Source: Berkelbacteria bacterium GW2011_GWE1_39_12
GTDB taxonomy: Bacteria > Patescibacteriota > UBA1384 > UBA12157
DNA length: 64,000 nucleotides
NCBI GenBank assembly: GCA_001029735.1
Contig: CP011213.1
Location: 720,298-784,297 of the forward strand
Direction: 5' to 3'
Below the pieces are notes generated by a model that saw nothing but the letters and a program-made list of their open reading frames with translations, did no database searches and was not told the DNA's origin. Both the position numbers and the translations under genes were made by a program. Each line of letters starts with the position of its first letter. The stretch's first letter is position 1. This document shows positions 8,612 to 17,659 of this stretch, in pieces.

Positions 8612-9489
8612 TTGTTTCCTTTGTGGATATGTTTTAGTCCGGCATTTATCCCAATTTTTTCAGCCAAATCTAAAACTTCGTTTGGTGTAGGATCGGTATC
8701 CATCATTTTATAAGCGGGAAAAAATTTGCTGATATGCCAAGGAATTTCCTTGGATATTTCGGCGATGAAATTTGCGATGCTTGTAAGCTGTTTTTTGTTG
8801 TCATTTACGCCTGGTACAATTAAAGTTGTTACTTCTAAATGTATTTTTCGATTAAATACGTCTTTGATATTGTCTAAAACCGGTTGAAGTTTAGCACTAG
8901 AATATTTTAAATAATTTTCATCGACAAAACCTTTAAGGTCAATATTTATCGCGTCTAAATGTGGTGAGATCAAATCCAGGGTTTCGGTGCTAAAATAGCC
9001 ATTTGAAACCCAAACATTTTTTAATCCAGCTTTCTTTGCTAATTTCATTGTATCTAGAGCGAATTCCAAAAATATAGTTGGCTCTGTGTAAGTATAAGAA
9101 ATCGAAGGACAATTTGAACTAAGTGCATGTTCGATTATTTGCGCCGGCGCAATTTCGATACCAATTTTATTTGCTATCTCATCTCTAGAAGCCTCTTTCG
9201 ACATTTGCGAAATATCGTCATTCTGGCACCAGCTGCAATTAAAATTGCAGCCAATCATAGCAATTGAAAGTGTTTTTGACCCGGGCAAAAAATGAAATAA
9301 TGGTTTCTTTTCAATCGGGTCTATCTGTTCAGCGATAACTCTTCCATAATTTAAAACGACTAACTTACCAAAGTTGTTTTCTCTTAAGCCACATAGCCCG
9401 CGCTTTAAAGGCGCAATATGACAAAAATGATTGCAAGTTTTGCAATTCATATAATCACCCGATTTTTCGTATAAACACGACTCTTTCAT
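8608..9489 (-). CDS. amrS: AmmeMemoRadiSam radical SAM enzyme
   Basis: N-term CxxCxxxC...GLC, 'DPIEKKPLFHFLPG', radical SAM motif CNFNCSWC, 'YTYTEPT'. Confidence 0.93.
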   Translation of the reverse strand: MKESCLYEKSGDYMNCKTCNHFCHIAPLKRGLCGLRENNFGKLVVLNYGRVIAEQIDPIEKKPLFHFLPGSKTLSIAMIGCNFNCSWCQNDDISQMSKEASRDEIANKIGIEIAPAQIIEHALSSNCPSISYTYTEPTIFLEFALDTMKLAKKAGLKNVWVSNGYFSTETLDLISPHLDAINIDLKGFVDENYLKYSSAKLQPVLDNIKDVFNRKIHLEVTTLIVPGVNDNKKQLTSIANFIAEISKEIPWHISKFFPAYKMMDTDPTPNEVLDLAEKIGINAGLKHIHKGNN

Positions 9490-9542
9490 TTTATATTTTT
9501 TTCCGTATCTTCAGTATAGCAGACATGGTATTATTCAACCAA

Positions 9543-10175
9543 ATGAAAGAATTTAATGATAGAAAAGACGCGGGAAAACAATTAGCCAAACGGATCGAAA
9601 CGTTGATGGACGGGATGAATCCTAGAAAGACACTTGTATTAGGGTTGACTCGAGGTGGAGTGCCGGTGGCAAAAGAAATTGCCGATTATTTTAATTTACC
9701 ATTGGATGTTTTAATTGTTCGTAAAATTGGCGCGCCATTAAATTCTGAATATGCTATCGCAGCCGTAAGTCAACACGAATTAGTTATAGGCGATCATGAA
9801 TTTGCAAACTATGTAAAAGAACAAGTGGAGCATGAGCGTTTTGAAATAAAAAGGCGATTAGCTTACTACCGAGATGAAAAACCGCCCTTATTGCTAAAAG
9901 GTAAGATAGTAATTTTGGTTGATGATGGTTTGGCGACAGGTCTTTCAATGGGAGTGGCTTTAAGAGAATTGGCGAGGTTGAAGCCAGAAAAAATCATCAT
10001 TGCAATTCCTGTGGCAGCCTCTGACTCGTTAGGACTATTAGTGCGCGAAGGACATCCAGTTATCGCCTTAAGAGTAACTAAAAATTTTTCAAGTGTGGGT
10101 AACTTTTACAAAGTTTTTAATCAGATAACTGATGAAGAGGTTAGAAGTTCACTACCTTTGGCAAAGCATAAATAA
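9543..10175 (+). CDS. Phosphoribosyltransferase family protein
   Basis: 'F.DR.DAG..LA', 'RGGVPVA', 'VRKIGAP', PRPP loop 'VILVDDGLATG'. Confidence 0.88.
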   Translation: MKEFNDRKDAGKQLAKRIETLMDGMNPRKTLVLGLTRGGVPVAKEIADYFNLPLDVLIVRKIGAPLNSEYAIAAVSQHELVIGDHEFANYVKEQVEHERFEIKRRLAYYRDEKPPLLLKGKIVILVDDGLATGLSMGVALRELARLKPEKIIIAIPVAASDSLGLLVREGHPVIALRVTKNFSSVGNFYKVFNQITDEEVRSSLPLAKHK

Positions 10176-10938
10176 TAATATTTTTCATCAATTTGTCTTT
10201 CTGTAATATCGCTGCATTATGAGCAACGAATCCATGATTGTTCCATGGCGTTAGAACATACCAAGCTCTTCCAACAATATTTATTTTAGGCAAAATTCCC
10301 CAATCCCTCGAATCCGAAGAGTTATCTCGATTATCACCTAAGACAAAAAACTCGTTAGGTCCAAGTGTTTGGCGAAAAATATCAGTAGCAGTTAAATTTT
10401 CCGTTTTTAAACCAGCTGGTAAATAATTTTCCGATGCCAACATGCCGTTTACAAAAACCTTTCCTTGGCTTATCACTATAGTTTCACCAGGTAAACCGAC
10501 TATCCTTTTAATATAGTCGTCGCCAGGCACTTTGGGAGCGTGAAAAATTATAACATCGCCACGTTGTGGTTCATGAAAGCGGTAACTGATTTTATCGACA
10601 AGCATGATTTCCTTGTCGTGGAAATTAGGATCCATCGACGAGCCTTCAACTATGTAAGGCTGTAATATGACAGCTCTGAAAAGTAAGCCAATAACGAGAA
10701 CGATATCAAAAGATTTAATTAAACTAAACCAGCTTTCAATAGAAGTATTTTCAGTGGCTTCATCTTTGTTATTACTAATTGCCATCCTTATCCAAAAAAT
10801 AAAGCCAAAAATACCCATGAGAGTAAGTACAAGTCCGATTATAAGCACAAGATAATATCCAGGAGTATCTGACGAGAGCGTTAGTAGAAGCATTACTCCG
10901 TAAATCGCATTAATTATGGCAAGTAGTAAATATTTCAT
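10141..10938 (-). CDS. lepB: Signal peptidase I
   Basis: 'GSSMDP', 'RGDVIIF', 'YIKRIVGLPGE', 'GDNRDNSSDSR'; extra N-terminal TM segments. Confidence 0.92.
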   Translation of the reverse strand: MKYLLLAIINAIYGVMLLLTLSSDTPGYYLVLIIGLVLTLMGIFGFIFWIRMAISNNKDEATENTSIESWFSLIKSFDIVLVIGLLFRAVILQPYIVEGSSMDPNFHDKEIMLVDKISYRFHEPQRGDVIIFHAPKVPGDDYIKRIVGLPGETIVISQGKVFVNGMLASENYLPAGLKTENLTATDIFRQTLGPNEFFVLGDNRDNSSDSRDWGILPKINIVGRAWYVLTPWNNHGFVAHNAAILQKDKLMKNIIIYALPKVVNF

Positions 10939-10957
10939 TCAAATCCTTTGTCTTAAG

Positions 10958-11032
10958 TGGTGGGCGCATCTGGATTCGGACCAGAGGCCTCTTGAATGTG
11001 AATCAAGCGCTCTACCGCTGAGCTATGCGCCC
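10958..11032 (-). tRNA. tRNA-Val(CAC)
   Basis: Reverse complement GGGCGCA...CTTGA-TTCACAT-TCAAG...TCTGG-TCCGAAT-CCAGA-TGCGCCC-ACCA. Confidence 0.9.
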
Positions 11033-11035
11033 CTG

Positions 11036-11122
11036 AAGCGCCCCACCTGCAACGCTTTGCGTATCAATGCGGGCGGGTCTACCGTTGCCTTGTCGAAAAC
11101 TTGTTGGCGACTTGGTATGCGC
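11036..11122 (-). pseudogene. Degenerate duplicate of the tRNA-Val(CAC) 5' half with two hairpin insertions
   Basis: AAGCGC / TCTACCGTTG / TATGCGC match 11005-11030, separated by 36-bp and 28-bp self-complementary inserts. Confidence 0.75.
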
Positions 11123-11226
11123 TTAATTGTCCAGTATTACTTTAATTTTAGCATTTTTAACCTTCTTAAGCAATTGGTTATTTGACAATCTCGGTAATTA
11201 TCTAAATAATGAGGATAGGAGGCGAA

Positions 11227-11973
11227 ATGTATCCAATCCTTTTTACAATTGGTAAACTTAGCGTGTATACACATGGCCTGATGATGGCAGTTGGCGGTCT
11301 CTTTGGGGGATTAGCTATTTTTTATATGGCGAAAAAACAACATCTGCGAACAGATTTTATCTTGGATATTTGTGTTTACGCTCTTCTTGCCGGTCTATTT
11401 GGTTCAAGAATTTTATATATTATTTTATATTTCAATGAGTTTTCTTCTTTTGAAGAGATGCTATATATTTGGCATGGTGGTTTAGTTTCTTACGGCGGAA
11501 TTGCCGGTGGGCTTCTTGTTTCTCTGCTTATTTTAAAAATAAAAAAAGAGCCTGTTCTAAAATGGTTTGATATTGGGATTATTGGTTTGATGGTTGGATG
11601 GGCTTTTGGACGCGTTGGATGTTTTTTGAACGGGGATAGTTACGGTCTTTGGAGTATTTCAAAATTATCTATTTGGGGACGAATCCCTACACAATTATTT
11701 GAAAGTATTTGGTCGCTAATCGCTTCATTTTTATTGTTTTATTTTGGGCTAAAAATTAAAGAGCAAAAAAAGTTGCCGGATGGAATAATATTCTTTGGAG
11801 GATTAGGTTTATATTCAATCGGCCGTTTTGTAATCGATTTCTGGCGTGACGAGCCAGTCACCGTTTGGTTTTTAAAGACCGGCCAAATAGGAAGTGCACT
11901 AGTTTTAATTTTTGCTGTTTTATCGATATCGTATTTGTTTGGAAAAGAAAGGAAGCCAAATGGAAGTAATTAA
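11227..11973 (+). CDS. lgt: Prolipoprotein diacylglyceryl transferase
   Basis: 'MYPILF', 'IWHGGLVSYGG', 'GRVGCFLNGD.YG', 'PTQLFES', 'RF.IDF.R'; AGGAGG RBS. Confidence 0.92.
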   Translation: MYPILFTIGKLSVYTHGLMMAVGGLFGGLAIFYMAKKQHLRTDFILDICVYALLAGLFGSRILYIILYFNEFSSFEEMLYIWHGGLVSYGGIAGGLLVSLLILKIKKEPVLKWFDIGIIGLMVGWAFGRVGCFLNGDSYGLWSISKLSIWGRIPTQLFESIWSLIASFLLFYFGLKIKEQKKLPDGIIFFGGLGLYSIGRFVIDFWRDEPVTVWFLKTGQIGSALVLIFAVLSISYLFGKERKPNGSN

Positions 11974-12316
11974 AAATTTGACAGATGCTTTATTCTTGCG
12001 CAAACAAAAACATGCTTTGGAAAAGGAGTTGGTGAGGTTAGAGGAGCAATATTGCTTGACGAAAGAGCATCCTGAATACGGTAGTTCCGATGATGAAAAT
12101 GCACAAGAAGTTGAAGTGATCCAAGAAAATTTAGGCTTGCAGAGAAACTTGAAGAATATAATTAAGGATACTAAAGCCGCGATCAAAAAAATCGAAAAAG
12201 AAAAATATGGAATATGTGATATTTGCAGGGGACCAATCGAGCCTGGTAGACTAAAAGCATTTCCTGTAGCCTCAATGTGTGTAACTTGCGCAAACAAAAA
12301 ATTTCGGAAAAGATAG
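11960..12316 (+). CDS. TraR/DksA C4-type zinc finger protein
   Basis: 'YGICDIC..PI...RL.A.P.A..C..C' after a coiled coil. Confidence 0.88.
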   Translation: MEVIKNLTDALFLRKQKHALEKELVRLEEQYCLTKEHPEYGSSDDENAQEVEVIQENLGLQRNLKNIIKDTKAAIKKIEKEKYGICDICRGPIEPGRLKAFPVASMCVTCANKKFRKR

Positions 12317-12317
12317 A

Positions 12318-12764
12318 ATGAAAATTTCGCAAGCGATGATTAAAAAAGTAAAGAACTTAAAATTTAAAAGAATATTGCCCTATTTATTGATAATCGCCCT
12401 GATACTCATTGATCAAATTGTTAAGTGGTGGGTCTTAAATCATCAATTGTTTGTCAGATTTAATGAAGGATTTATTTTTGGTTGGGGCAAAAACTGGGAT
12501 TTATTTTTTTGGATTAGCTGTATAATTATTATCGTTTTGTTTTTAGCGACAATAAAAAGGCCTGGGTTGCAAGTTTACAACTTAGTTGTTATTTTAGCAG
12601 CAGCTGTCAGTAATTTAATCGATAGGATTTTTCGTGGCGGTGTGGTTGATTATTGGCAAATAAATTATTTCGGTGTGAACATTTTTTTTAATTTAGCGGA
12701 TGTATTATTAATCCTAGGGGTAGCTATTTATGCCTGGCAAGTTGGAAAAGAAGCTGATAATTAA
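12318..12764 (+). CDS. lspA: Lipoprotein signal peptidase
   Basis: 'DQ..K', 'N.G..FG', 'SNLIDRI..G.VVDY', 'FNLAD'. Confidence 0.9.
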   Translation: MKISQAMIKKVKNLKFKRILPYLLIIALILIDQIVKWWVLNHQLFVRFNEGFIFGWGKNWDLFFWISCIIIIVLFLATIKRPGLQVYNLVVILAAAVSNLIDRIFRGGVVDYWQINYFGVNIFFNLADVLLILGVAIYAWQVGKEADN

Positions 12765-13422
12765 ATTTTTGGGCACCAGCTCTGAGGAATCAATTCCTCG
12801 CGAAGGCTGTGAATGTGTTCAATGTTTATCGAAAGATAAAAATGACAATCGTTTAAGATCGTCAGTTTTAATTAATAAAAAAATAATGATTGATGCAACA
12901 CCGGATGTATTAAAACAGCTTAGTAAAAGACAGATCGATGCTCTCGAAGCTGTTTTGATTACTCACGAACATGCGGATCATAACGGGGGGATTAAAGATC
13001 TTTTGCGGGCACGTCGTGATATAAGGATTATTAAGCTAGCGGCTGGCCAGCATTTTAAATTACTTGGCATTGATTTTCATGCTTTTAAGGTTAAACACTC
13101 TAACTTGGTGCCAACAGTTGGGGTGGAAATCAATTCTGTTATTTATATACCGGATTATGCTGATCTTGACTGGGCGATGCCATACTTAAAGAATACTAAG
13201 TTTGCTATCTTAGACGGATCGGTTTTAGGACGAAATTTTGGCGGTCATCTTTCGATCAATGAAACGGTAGCTCTTACTAAGCCTTTGAAAAATCTACGAA
13301 AAATATATTTAACACATAATGGTCACACTCGGCGGACTCATAAAGAGATGCAAAAACTAGTGCACGAAATTGGCGACTCAAGTTTTGTCATTGCTTATGA
13401 TGGACTAGAAATTGAAGTTTAA
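12730..13422 (+). CDS. MBL-fold metallo-hydrolase (PhnP-like)
   Basis: 'FLGTS....P..GCECVQC', 'THEHADH', 'GHLS', 'LTH..H'. Confidence 0.85.
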   Translation: MPGKLEKKLIIKFLGTSSEESIPREGCECVQCLSKDKNDNRLRSSVLINKKIMIDATPDVLKQLSKRQIDALEAVLITHEHADHNGGIKDLLRARRDIRIIKLAAGQHFKLLGIDFHAFKVKHSNLVPTVGVEINSVIYIPDYADLDWAMPYLKNTKFAILDGSVLGRNFGGHLSINETVALTKPLKNLRKIYLTHNGHTRRTHKEMQKLVHEIGDSSFVIAYDGLEIEV

Positions 13423-13433
13423 AAAGGAGAAAA

Positions 13434-13973
13434 ATGATATATTTTATTACTGGGAACGAAAACAAATTTCGAGAAGCAAAAGCAATTTTGCCGGTGATTG
13501 AAAGACTTGATTTGGATTTGATTGAAATTCAAGAAATTGACCCGCTAAAAATTATTAAAGCGAAAATGGAAGAAGCTTTTAAACATCATTCGGGAGAATT
13601 TATTATCGAAGATGGATATCTTGATGTAAAATCACTTGGCGGATTGCCTGGACCATTTGCCAAATGGTTTATCAAACTTTTGGGCAAGGACGGGATTTGG
13701 GAAATCGTAAAAAATTCTAGTGATAAATCGGCAGAAGTCAGCGTAATTATCGGCTATGCAAAAAATAAAGATGAAATTTCTTTCCTCGAAGGTTCTATTA
13801 AAGGAAAAATGGTTGCACCTCGCGGTGAGAATGGTTTTGGCTGGGACTCGATTTTTCAGCCATATGGTTATGATAAAACTTTTGCCGAAATGACGACCGA
13901 AGAAAAAAACTCGATTAGTATGCGAAAAATCGCATTCGAAAAGTTAAAAGATTATTTGCAAAAAAATAAATAA
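13434..13973 (+). CDS. rdgB: Non-canonical purine NTP pyrophosphatase (RdgB/HAM1)
   Basis: 'FITGN.NK', 'GLPGP', 'GFGWD..F', 'EKNSIS.R'. Confidence 0.88.
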   Translation: MIYFITGNENKFREAKAILPVIERLDLDLIEIQEIDPLKIIKAKMEEAFKHHSGEFIIEDGYLDVKSLGGLPGPFAKWFIKLLGKDGIWEIVKNSSDKSAEVSVIIGYAKNKDEISFLEGSIKGKMVAPRGENGFGWDSIFQPYGYDKTFAEMTTEEKNSISMRKIAFEKLKDYLQKNK

Positions 13974-14040
13974 CGTACTCATGGGTTGAAAAAAAAGATG
14001 GTTTCATGTTAGTCTTTGTGTAGAAAACAGGGGGTGTGAT

Positions 14041-14580
14041 ATGGCAGTTTGGTCAAGGACGTGCACTATTTGTATGGTTTTGGCTACTAATTATCCAAAC
14101 GGTCTAACCATGGAGGAGCTTTTTCAGCAGTGTCAAAAAGATAATCCTGAACGTTTTCGTTTTATTGGAATCTTAGAAGGCGCACTCGGAATTATAAATG
14201 GCGAAAGAGATACTGATTCACGGGGTGTCGTTTGCTGGAAGACGGTTGACGGGAAAATCTATTATGACATGGAGCGAAAAGCCTATGCGCCAACAAGTGA
14301 CTCCTTTGGCTTTTCTCTTTACTTTAACGGATGGTTGAAGGCAATACACCTTGATAATCTTATTGCTTTTGAGCCCTTAACACCTGATAATTCAGAAAAA
14401 TGCCCTCATGGGCTTGATTGGAAAGACGTATCGTCACCTGGACATTGTACTTGGGACTACGGCAAGAAGATTTGCTATCCTTCGTCTTGTTGTGCTAATA
14501 GAGATCAACTCAAAATCGCAGAAATGCAGTCAGAAGGTAGAAGATTTGAAGATTACATGAAAGAGCTTGATGGTGACTAA
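14041..14580 (+). CDS. Hypothetical Cys-rich protein
   Basis: 179 aa ORF with G-rich RBS (AGGGGG) and its own terminator; no recognisable family. Confidence 0.6.
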   Translation: MAVWSRTCTICMVLATNYPNGLTMEELFQQCQKDNPERFRFIGILEGALGIINGERDTDSRGVVCWKTVDGKIYYDMERKAYAPTSDSFGFSLYFNGWLKAIHLDNLIAFEPLTPDNSEKCPHGLDWKDVSSPGHCTWDYGKKICYPSSCCANRDQLKIAEMQSEGRRFEDYMKELDGD

Positions 14581-14587
14581 TCTACAT

Positions 14588-14614
14588 AAGGCTTCCTACT
14601 AGGTAGCCTTTTTT
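14588..14614 (+). terminator. Intrinsic terminator
   Basis: AAGGCT.CCT-act-AGG.AGCCTT followed by T-run. Confidence 0.7.
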
Positions 14615-14666
14615 AAAACCAAAAAAACGTTTTAATATTGTATATGAGATCGAAATCTAGATCTAA

Positions 14667-14906
14667 TTAAGCGATTTTTTGCTGTAAGAGAGCGACATCG
14701 GCTTCAATTTTTTCGACTCTTTTAATACTGGCCTTATTTTGAAGCGATAATTTAACTAAAGACATATCTTCTTTTAATTGATGGACATCTTCTTTTAGTA
14801 CTGATATATCAGCTTTCATTGGCGCAATATCAGAAAGTGCTTCTGAAATTGTATCGAATTTTTGATTTATAGCTTCCAATAAAACTTGGACTTTTAAATC
14901 TTCCAT
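14667..14906 (-). CDS. Small coiled-coil hypothetical protein
   Basis: Heptads 'MKADISVLKEDVHQLKEDMSLVK'; AAGGAG RBS. Confidence 0.65.
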   Translation of the reverse strand: MEDLKVQVLLEAINQKFDTISEALSDIAPMKADISVLKEDVHQLKEDMSLVKLSLQNKASIKRVEKIEADVALLQQKIA

Positions 14907-14967
14907 TTTAAGCTCCTTGAATTTAAATATATCATAATGAAAATTTGTCTACAAATTTGTGCTTTTC

Positions 14968-14996
14968 AAAAAAATCGGCGAGTGCCGATTTTTTTT
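14968..14996 (-). terminator. Intrinsic terminator after rplT
   Basis: AAAAAAATCGGC-gagt-GCCGATTTTTTT. Confidence 0.85.
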
Positions 14997-15011
14997 GTAA
15001 TATCTATATTT

Positions 15012-15362
15012 TTAAGCTGTCTTAACTTTTTCAACGATTTTGGCAAATTCTTCCGGATTGTTTTCGGCAATATCGGCTAAAACTTTTCGGTCGAGTTCAA
15101 TATTTTTATCTTTCAAACCCTTCATGAAAATGCTGTACTTGATGTCATTTAGTCCGCAAGCAGCATTAATCTGAATGATCCAAAGTTGTCTGAAACTTCT
15201 TTTTCTGTTTCGGCGGTCGCGGTAAGCAAACTTACCAGCATTAACAATCGCCTGTTTGGCCATACGAATTAAGTTTTTACGGCCATGACGAAAACCCTTA
15301 GTTTTTGCTAAGGTATTTTTTGTCGATTTTTTTATCATTACTCCACGTTTTACTCTTGCCAT
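15012..15362 (-). CDS. rplT: 50S ribosomal protein L20
   Basis: 'MARVKRG', 'AYRDRR.RKR.FR.LWI..INAA', 'LDRKVLADIA'. Confidence 0.98.
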   Translation of the reverse strand: MARVKRGVMIKKSTKNTLAKTKGFRHGRKNLIRMAKQAIVNAGKFAYRDRRNRKRSFRQLWIIQINAACGLNDIKYSIFMKGLKDKNIELDRKVLADIAENNPEEFAKIVEKVKTA

Positions 15363-15461
15363 TCATCACTCCAATTTAGAAATAAACTAATTTAACTATT
15401 ATTTATATTCATATGGCTGCCGTCAGGCATGCCCACTAATTACTAGAATACAAGCTTATGC

Positions 15462-15659
15462 TTATCCATTTGGTAACATTTTCGCTATTTTGCGATAATC
15501 AGCATGCGTTAAGGCCATTTTTTTGGTTGAATTACGCAATGTTCTTTTGGATTTTCCGGTAGTTAAATGCTGCCCTGATAATTTTCGGCGCATTAATTTA
15601 CCGGTCTTGGTGACATTGGTAATTCTCTTGCTGGCTGTTTTTACTGTTTTAGCTTTCAT
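15462..15659 (-). CDS. rpmI: 50S ribosomal protein L35
   Basis: 'K.KT.K...KR...TKTGKL.R.....HL...KS....R'; lies between infC and rplT. Confidence 0.95.
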   Translation of the reverse strand: MKAKTVKTASKRITNVTKTGKLMRRKLSGQHLTTGKSKRTLRNSTKKMALTHADYRKIAKMLPNG

Positions 15660-15668
15660 ATTTTTCTC

Positions 15669-15701
15669 CTAGAAAAATTCCGCGACAAGCATGCTTGTCT
15701 A
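15669..15701 (-). repeat. RBS-adjacent hairpin element, copy B
   Basis: Minus strand TAGACAAGC-AT-GCTTGTC-GCGGAATTTTTCTAG directly before the rpmI RBS. Confidence 0.85.
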
Positions 15702-15710
15702 TTTTTTTCC

Positions 15711-16211
15711 TTATTTTCCTTTACTCATAGTGGCAAAGAATCGATTACCCATTTTTTCGACAGGTTTATCAAAAACGCCACCCGTTTCTGTTTTAATTTT
15801 TTCCATTAGGTCAGCCATGCGGTCACGGAACATCATCTCACGTCCACGAAGTTGAATGGTAACCTTAACCTTATCGCCTTTATCTAAAAACTGTTTAATC
15901 TTATTAATTTTGACTTCTAAATCGTGAGTATCTATCTTAATGCCAAAGCGGACTTCTTTTAATTCAGACCCATGTGCCTTAGCTTTTTGCTTGTTCTGCA
16001 TTTTGGTCTGGTTGTAAATATATTTGCCATAGTCCATCATCTTTACGACTGGGGGACTAACTTTATCGTTAATTAAAGCCAAATCCAAGCCTTTTTCGTA
16101 AGCTAAATAACGAGCTTGGTCAAGACTAACTTGGCCGTGACTACCGCCATCTTCGTCGATTAAGACGATCGGATCGGTTTTAATTTCTTCATTAATTTTA
16201 AGATCTTTAAT
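15711..16211 (-). CDS. infC: Translation initiation factor IF-3 (ATT start)
   Basis: 'PPVVKMMDYGK', 'KEVRF...ID.HD...K', 'GDKVKV....RGRE'; frame extends to ATT at 16211 behind AGGAG, adding 'INEEI...IVLIDEDG'. Confidence 0.95.
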   Translation of the reverse strand: MKDLKINEEIKTDPIVLIDEDGGSHGQVSLDQARYLAYEKGLDLALINDKVSPPVVKMMDYGKYIYNQTKMQNKQKAKAHGSELKEVRFGIKIDTHDLEVKINKIKQFLDKGDKVKVTIQLRGREMMFRDRMADLMEKIKTETGGVFDKPVEKMGNRFFATMSKGK

Positions 16212-16321
16212 ACTATTCTCCTAAAAAACTATTTTTCAAATTAAATACAAAACAATCAACAATTAGCCTTTGGGGCAATTTAATTGTTTGATTTTTGTTG
16301 CTTTCATTTGCTGATGTAAAC

Positions 16322-17080
16322 TTATCTATTTCCATCCGGAATTAGTATATCACGCGCAACGATGATTTTCAATACCTTTGGCCTGTTTTGAATAATAATA
16401 GGGGTCTTGGCGATAATTTCTCCGTCAGCCAAAATCGGAACTACTTGTCCAGGAGTTTCAATTTGAAAACGTTTTGCGTGGAAAAAACTGCTCGAGTTCT
16501 CTGAGACCTCTTTTTTTCCAAATAAAAATGAAAAAACGGACTTTTTGTTTTCGTTTGATAGACTATCTTCAACTCTTATTTCGATACCTGGTTTAATGAC
16601 TATTCTGTTAAAAATCATGCTTGACTGTATATCGGCGGTTAGAAGGTAGCCTTCGGTTGGTTTTGCGCTTTCAATTACCGCTTCAGTTAAAAAATACTTA
16701 TTTGGCTCGATAAAACAGGCGTCCGTTGTTTCTAATTTCCTATATTTTAGGGTCTCACAAGCATCTTTTAAATCTTTGACATGAATTTTCTTTGCGATAG
16801 GGGAAGTATAATCATCGGGAATTATACCCAAAACTACATCATTATTTTCTTTTTTATTAATGATGGCTGTAGCAATCTTATTTACTAATTTTTCTGAGCC
16901 AACGGCAACAATGGTTGAATAGCCTTTAACGATTCCCAGAGAAGCTAATTCTTCAATTGATCGAGCAGGTGACGGTGAAACTGTTTCACCTGCAATTCCC
17001 AAATCACCAAGAAGATTTTTAACCTTCTCTTGGAAACTTTCGCTTTTTTTGCTAGCCGACTCCAAAATGTAATAATACAT
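16322..17080 (-). CDS. Diacylglycerol-kinase-family-like protein (degenerate)
   Basis: 'MYYYI', 'TIVAVG', 'LGIIP', 'ADGE....TP' match the DAGK/YegS layout; GGDG is replaced by GSEK. Confidence 0.6.
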   Translation of the reverse strand: MYYYILESASKKSESFQEKVKNLLGDLGIAGETVSPSPARSIEELASLGIVKGYSTIVAVGSEKLVNKIATAIINKKENNDVVLGIIPDDYTSPIAKKIHVKDLKDACETLKYRKLETTDACFIEPNKYFLTEAVIESAKPTEGYLLTADIQSSMIFNRIVIKPGIEIRVEDSLSNENKKSVFSFLFGKKEVSENSSSFFHAKRFQIETPGQVVPILADGEIIAKTPIIIQNRPKVLKIIVARDILIPDGNR

Positions 17081-17099
17081 TTGTCCTTTCTGGGCTAGC

Positions 17100-17525
17100 T
17101 TATTCTACTTCGTAATCAGGTTCATTTCCGGCAACTTCTTTTTCATCTTTGGATGGTTCTGAAGCAGCGACAATACCTTTTTCTCCCTCTGGCATGTTTG
17201 ATTTACCGACGAAAACGGCACCTGAGCGAATATTCAAATCTTTGGTCGTAATTGAGCCAAAAATTTTACCGGTTGGCAAAATTTCTAACTTTCCCGAGGC
17301 CACGACACTGCCATGGACTTCACCGGCGATTTGAACCATGTCGGCCGTTACTGGTCCTTTAACAAAGGCAGTTTCTGAAACCACGACAGATTTTTCTGAA
17401 ACGACTTCTCCTTCAATCCTGCCATGAATGACAATTTCATTGGCATCAGCCAATGTTCCGACCAATTTAACGTTCGCGCCGACAATGGTGCCTGGACCTG
17501 ATAATGGTTTTTTGTCTCCCATCAT
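17100..17525 (-). CDS. Bactofilin (polymer-forming cytoskeletal protein)
   Basis: 'TIVG....L.G.L....I.I.G.IEG.V', 'V.I.GEV.G', 'I.SGA.F.G' beta-helix pattern. Confidence 0.88.
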   Translation of the reverse strand: MMGDKKPLSGPGTIVGANVKLVGTLADANEIVIHGRIEGEVVSEKSVVVSETAFVKGPVTADMVQIAGEVHGSVVASGKLEILPTGKIFGSITTKDLNIRSGAVFVGKSNMPEGEKGIVAASEPSKDEKEVAGNEPDYEVE

Positions 17526-17659
17526 TAAATACCTCCAAAATTAAATTTTACTACTCTAATCCTAATAAGTTGTGCCCTTCTTGTCAAATGGTTGACTTTT
17601 TAAGGATTTTCTGTTAGTGTTGATAACTAATTTAAAATATATATGAGCCGCGGCGAGAC

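Noticed and set aside
10916-11185. 89-aa ORF containing 'WWAHLDSDQRP'
   Set aside because: Antisense translation of tRNA-Val(CAC) and its duplicate.
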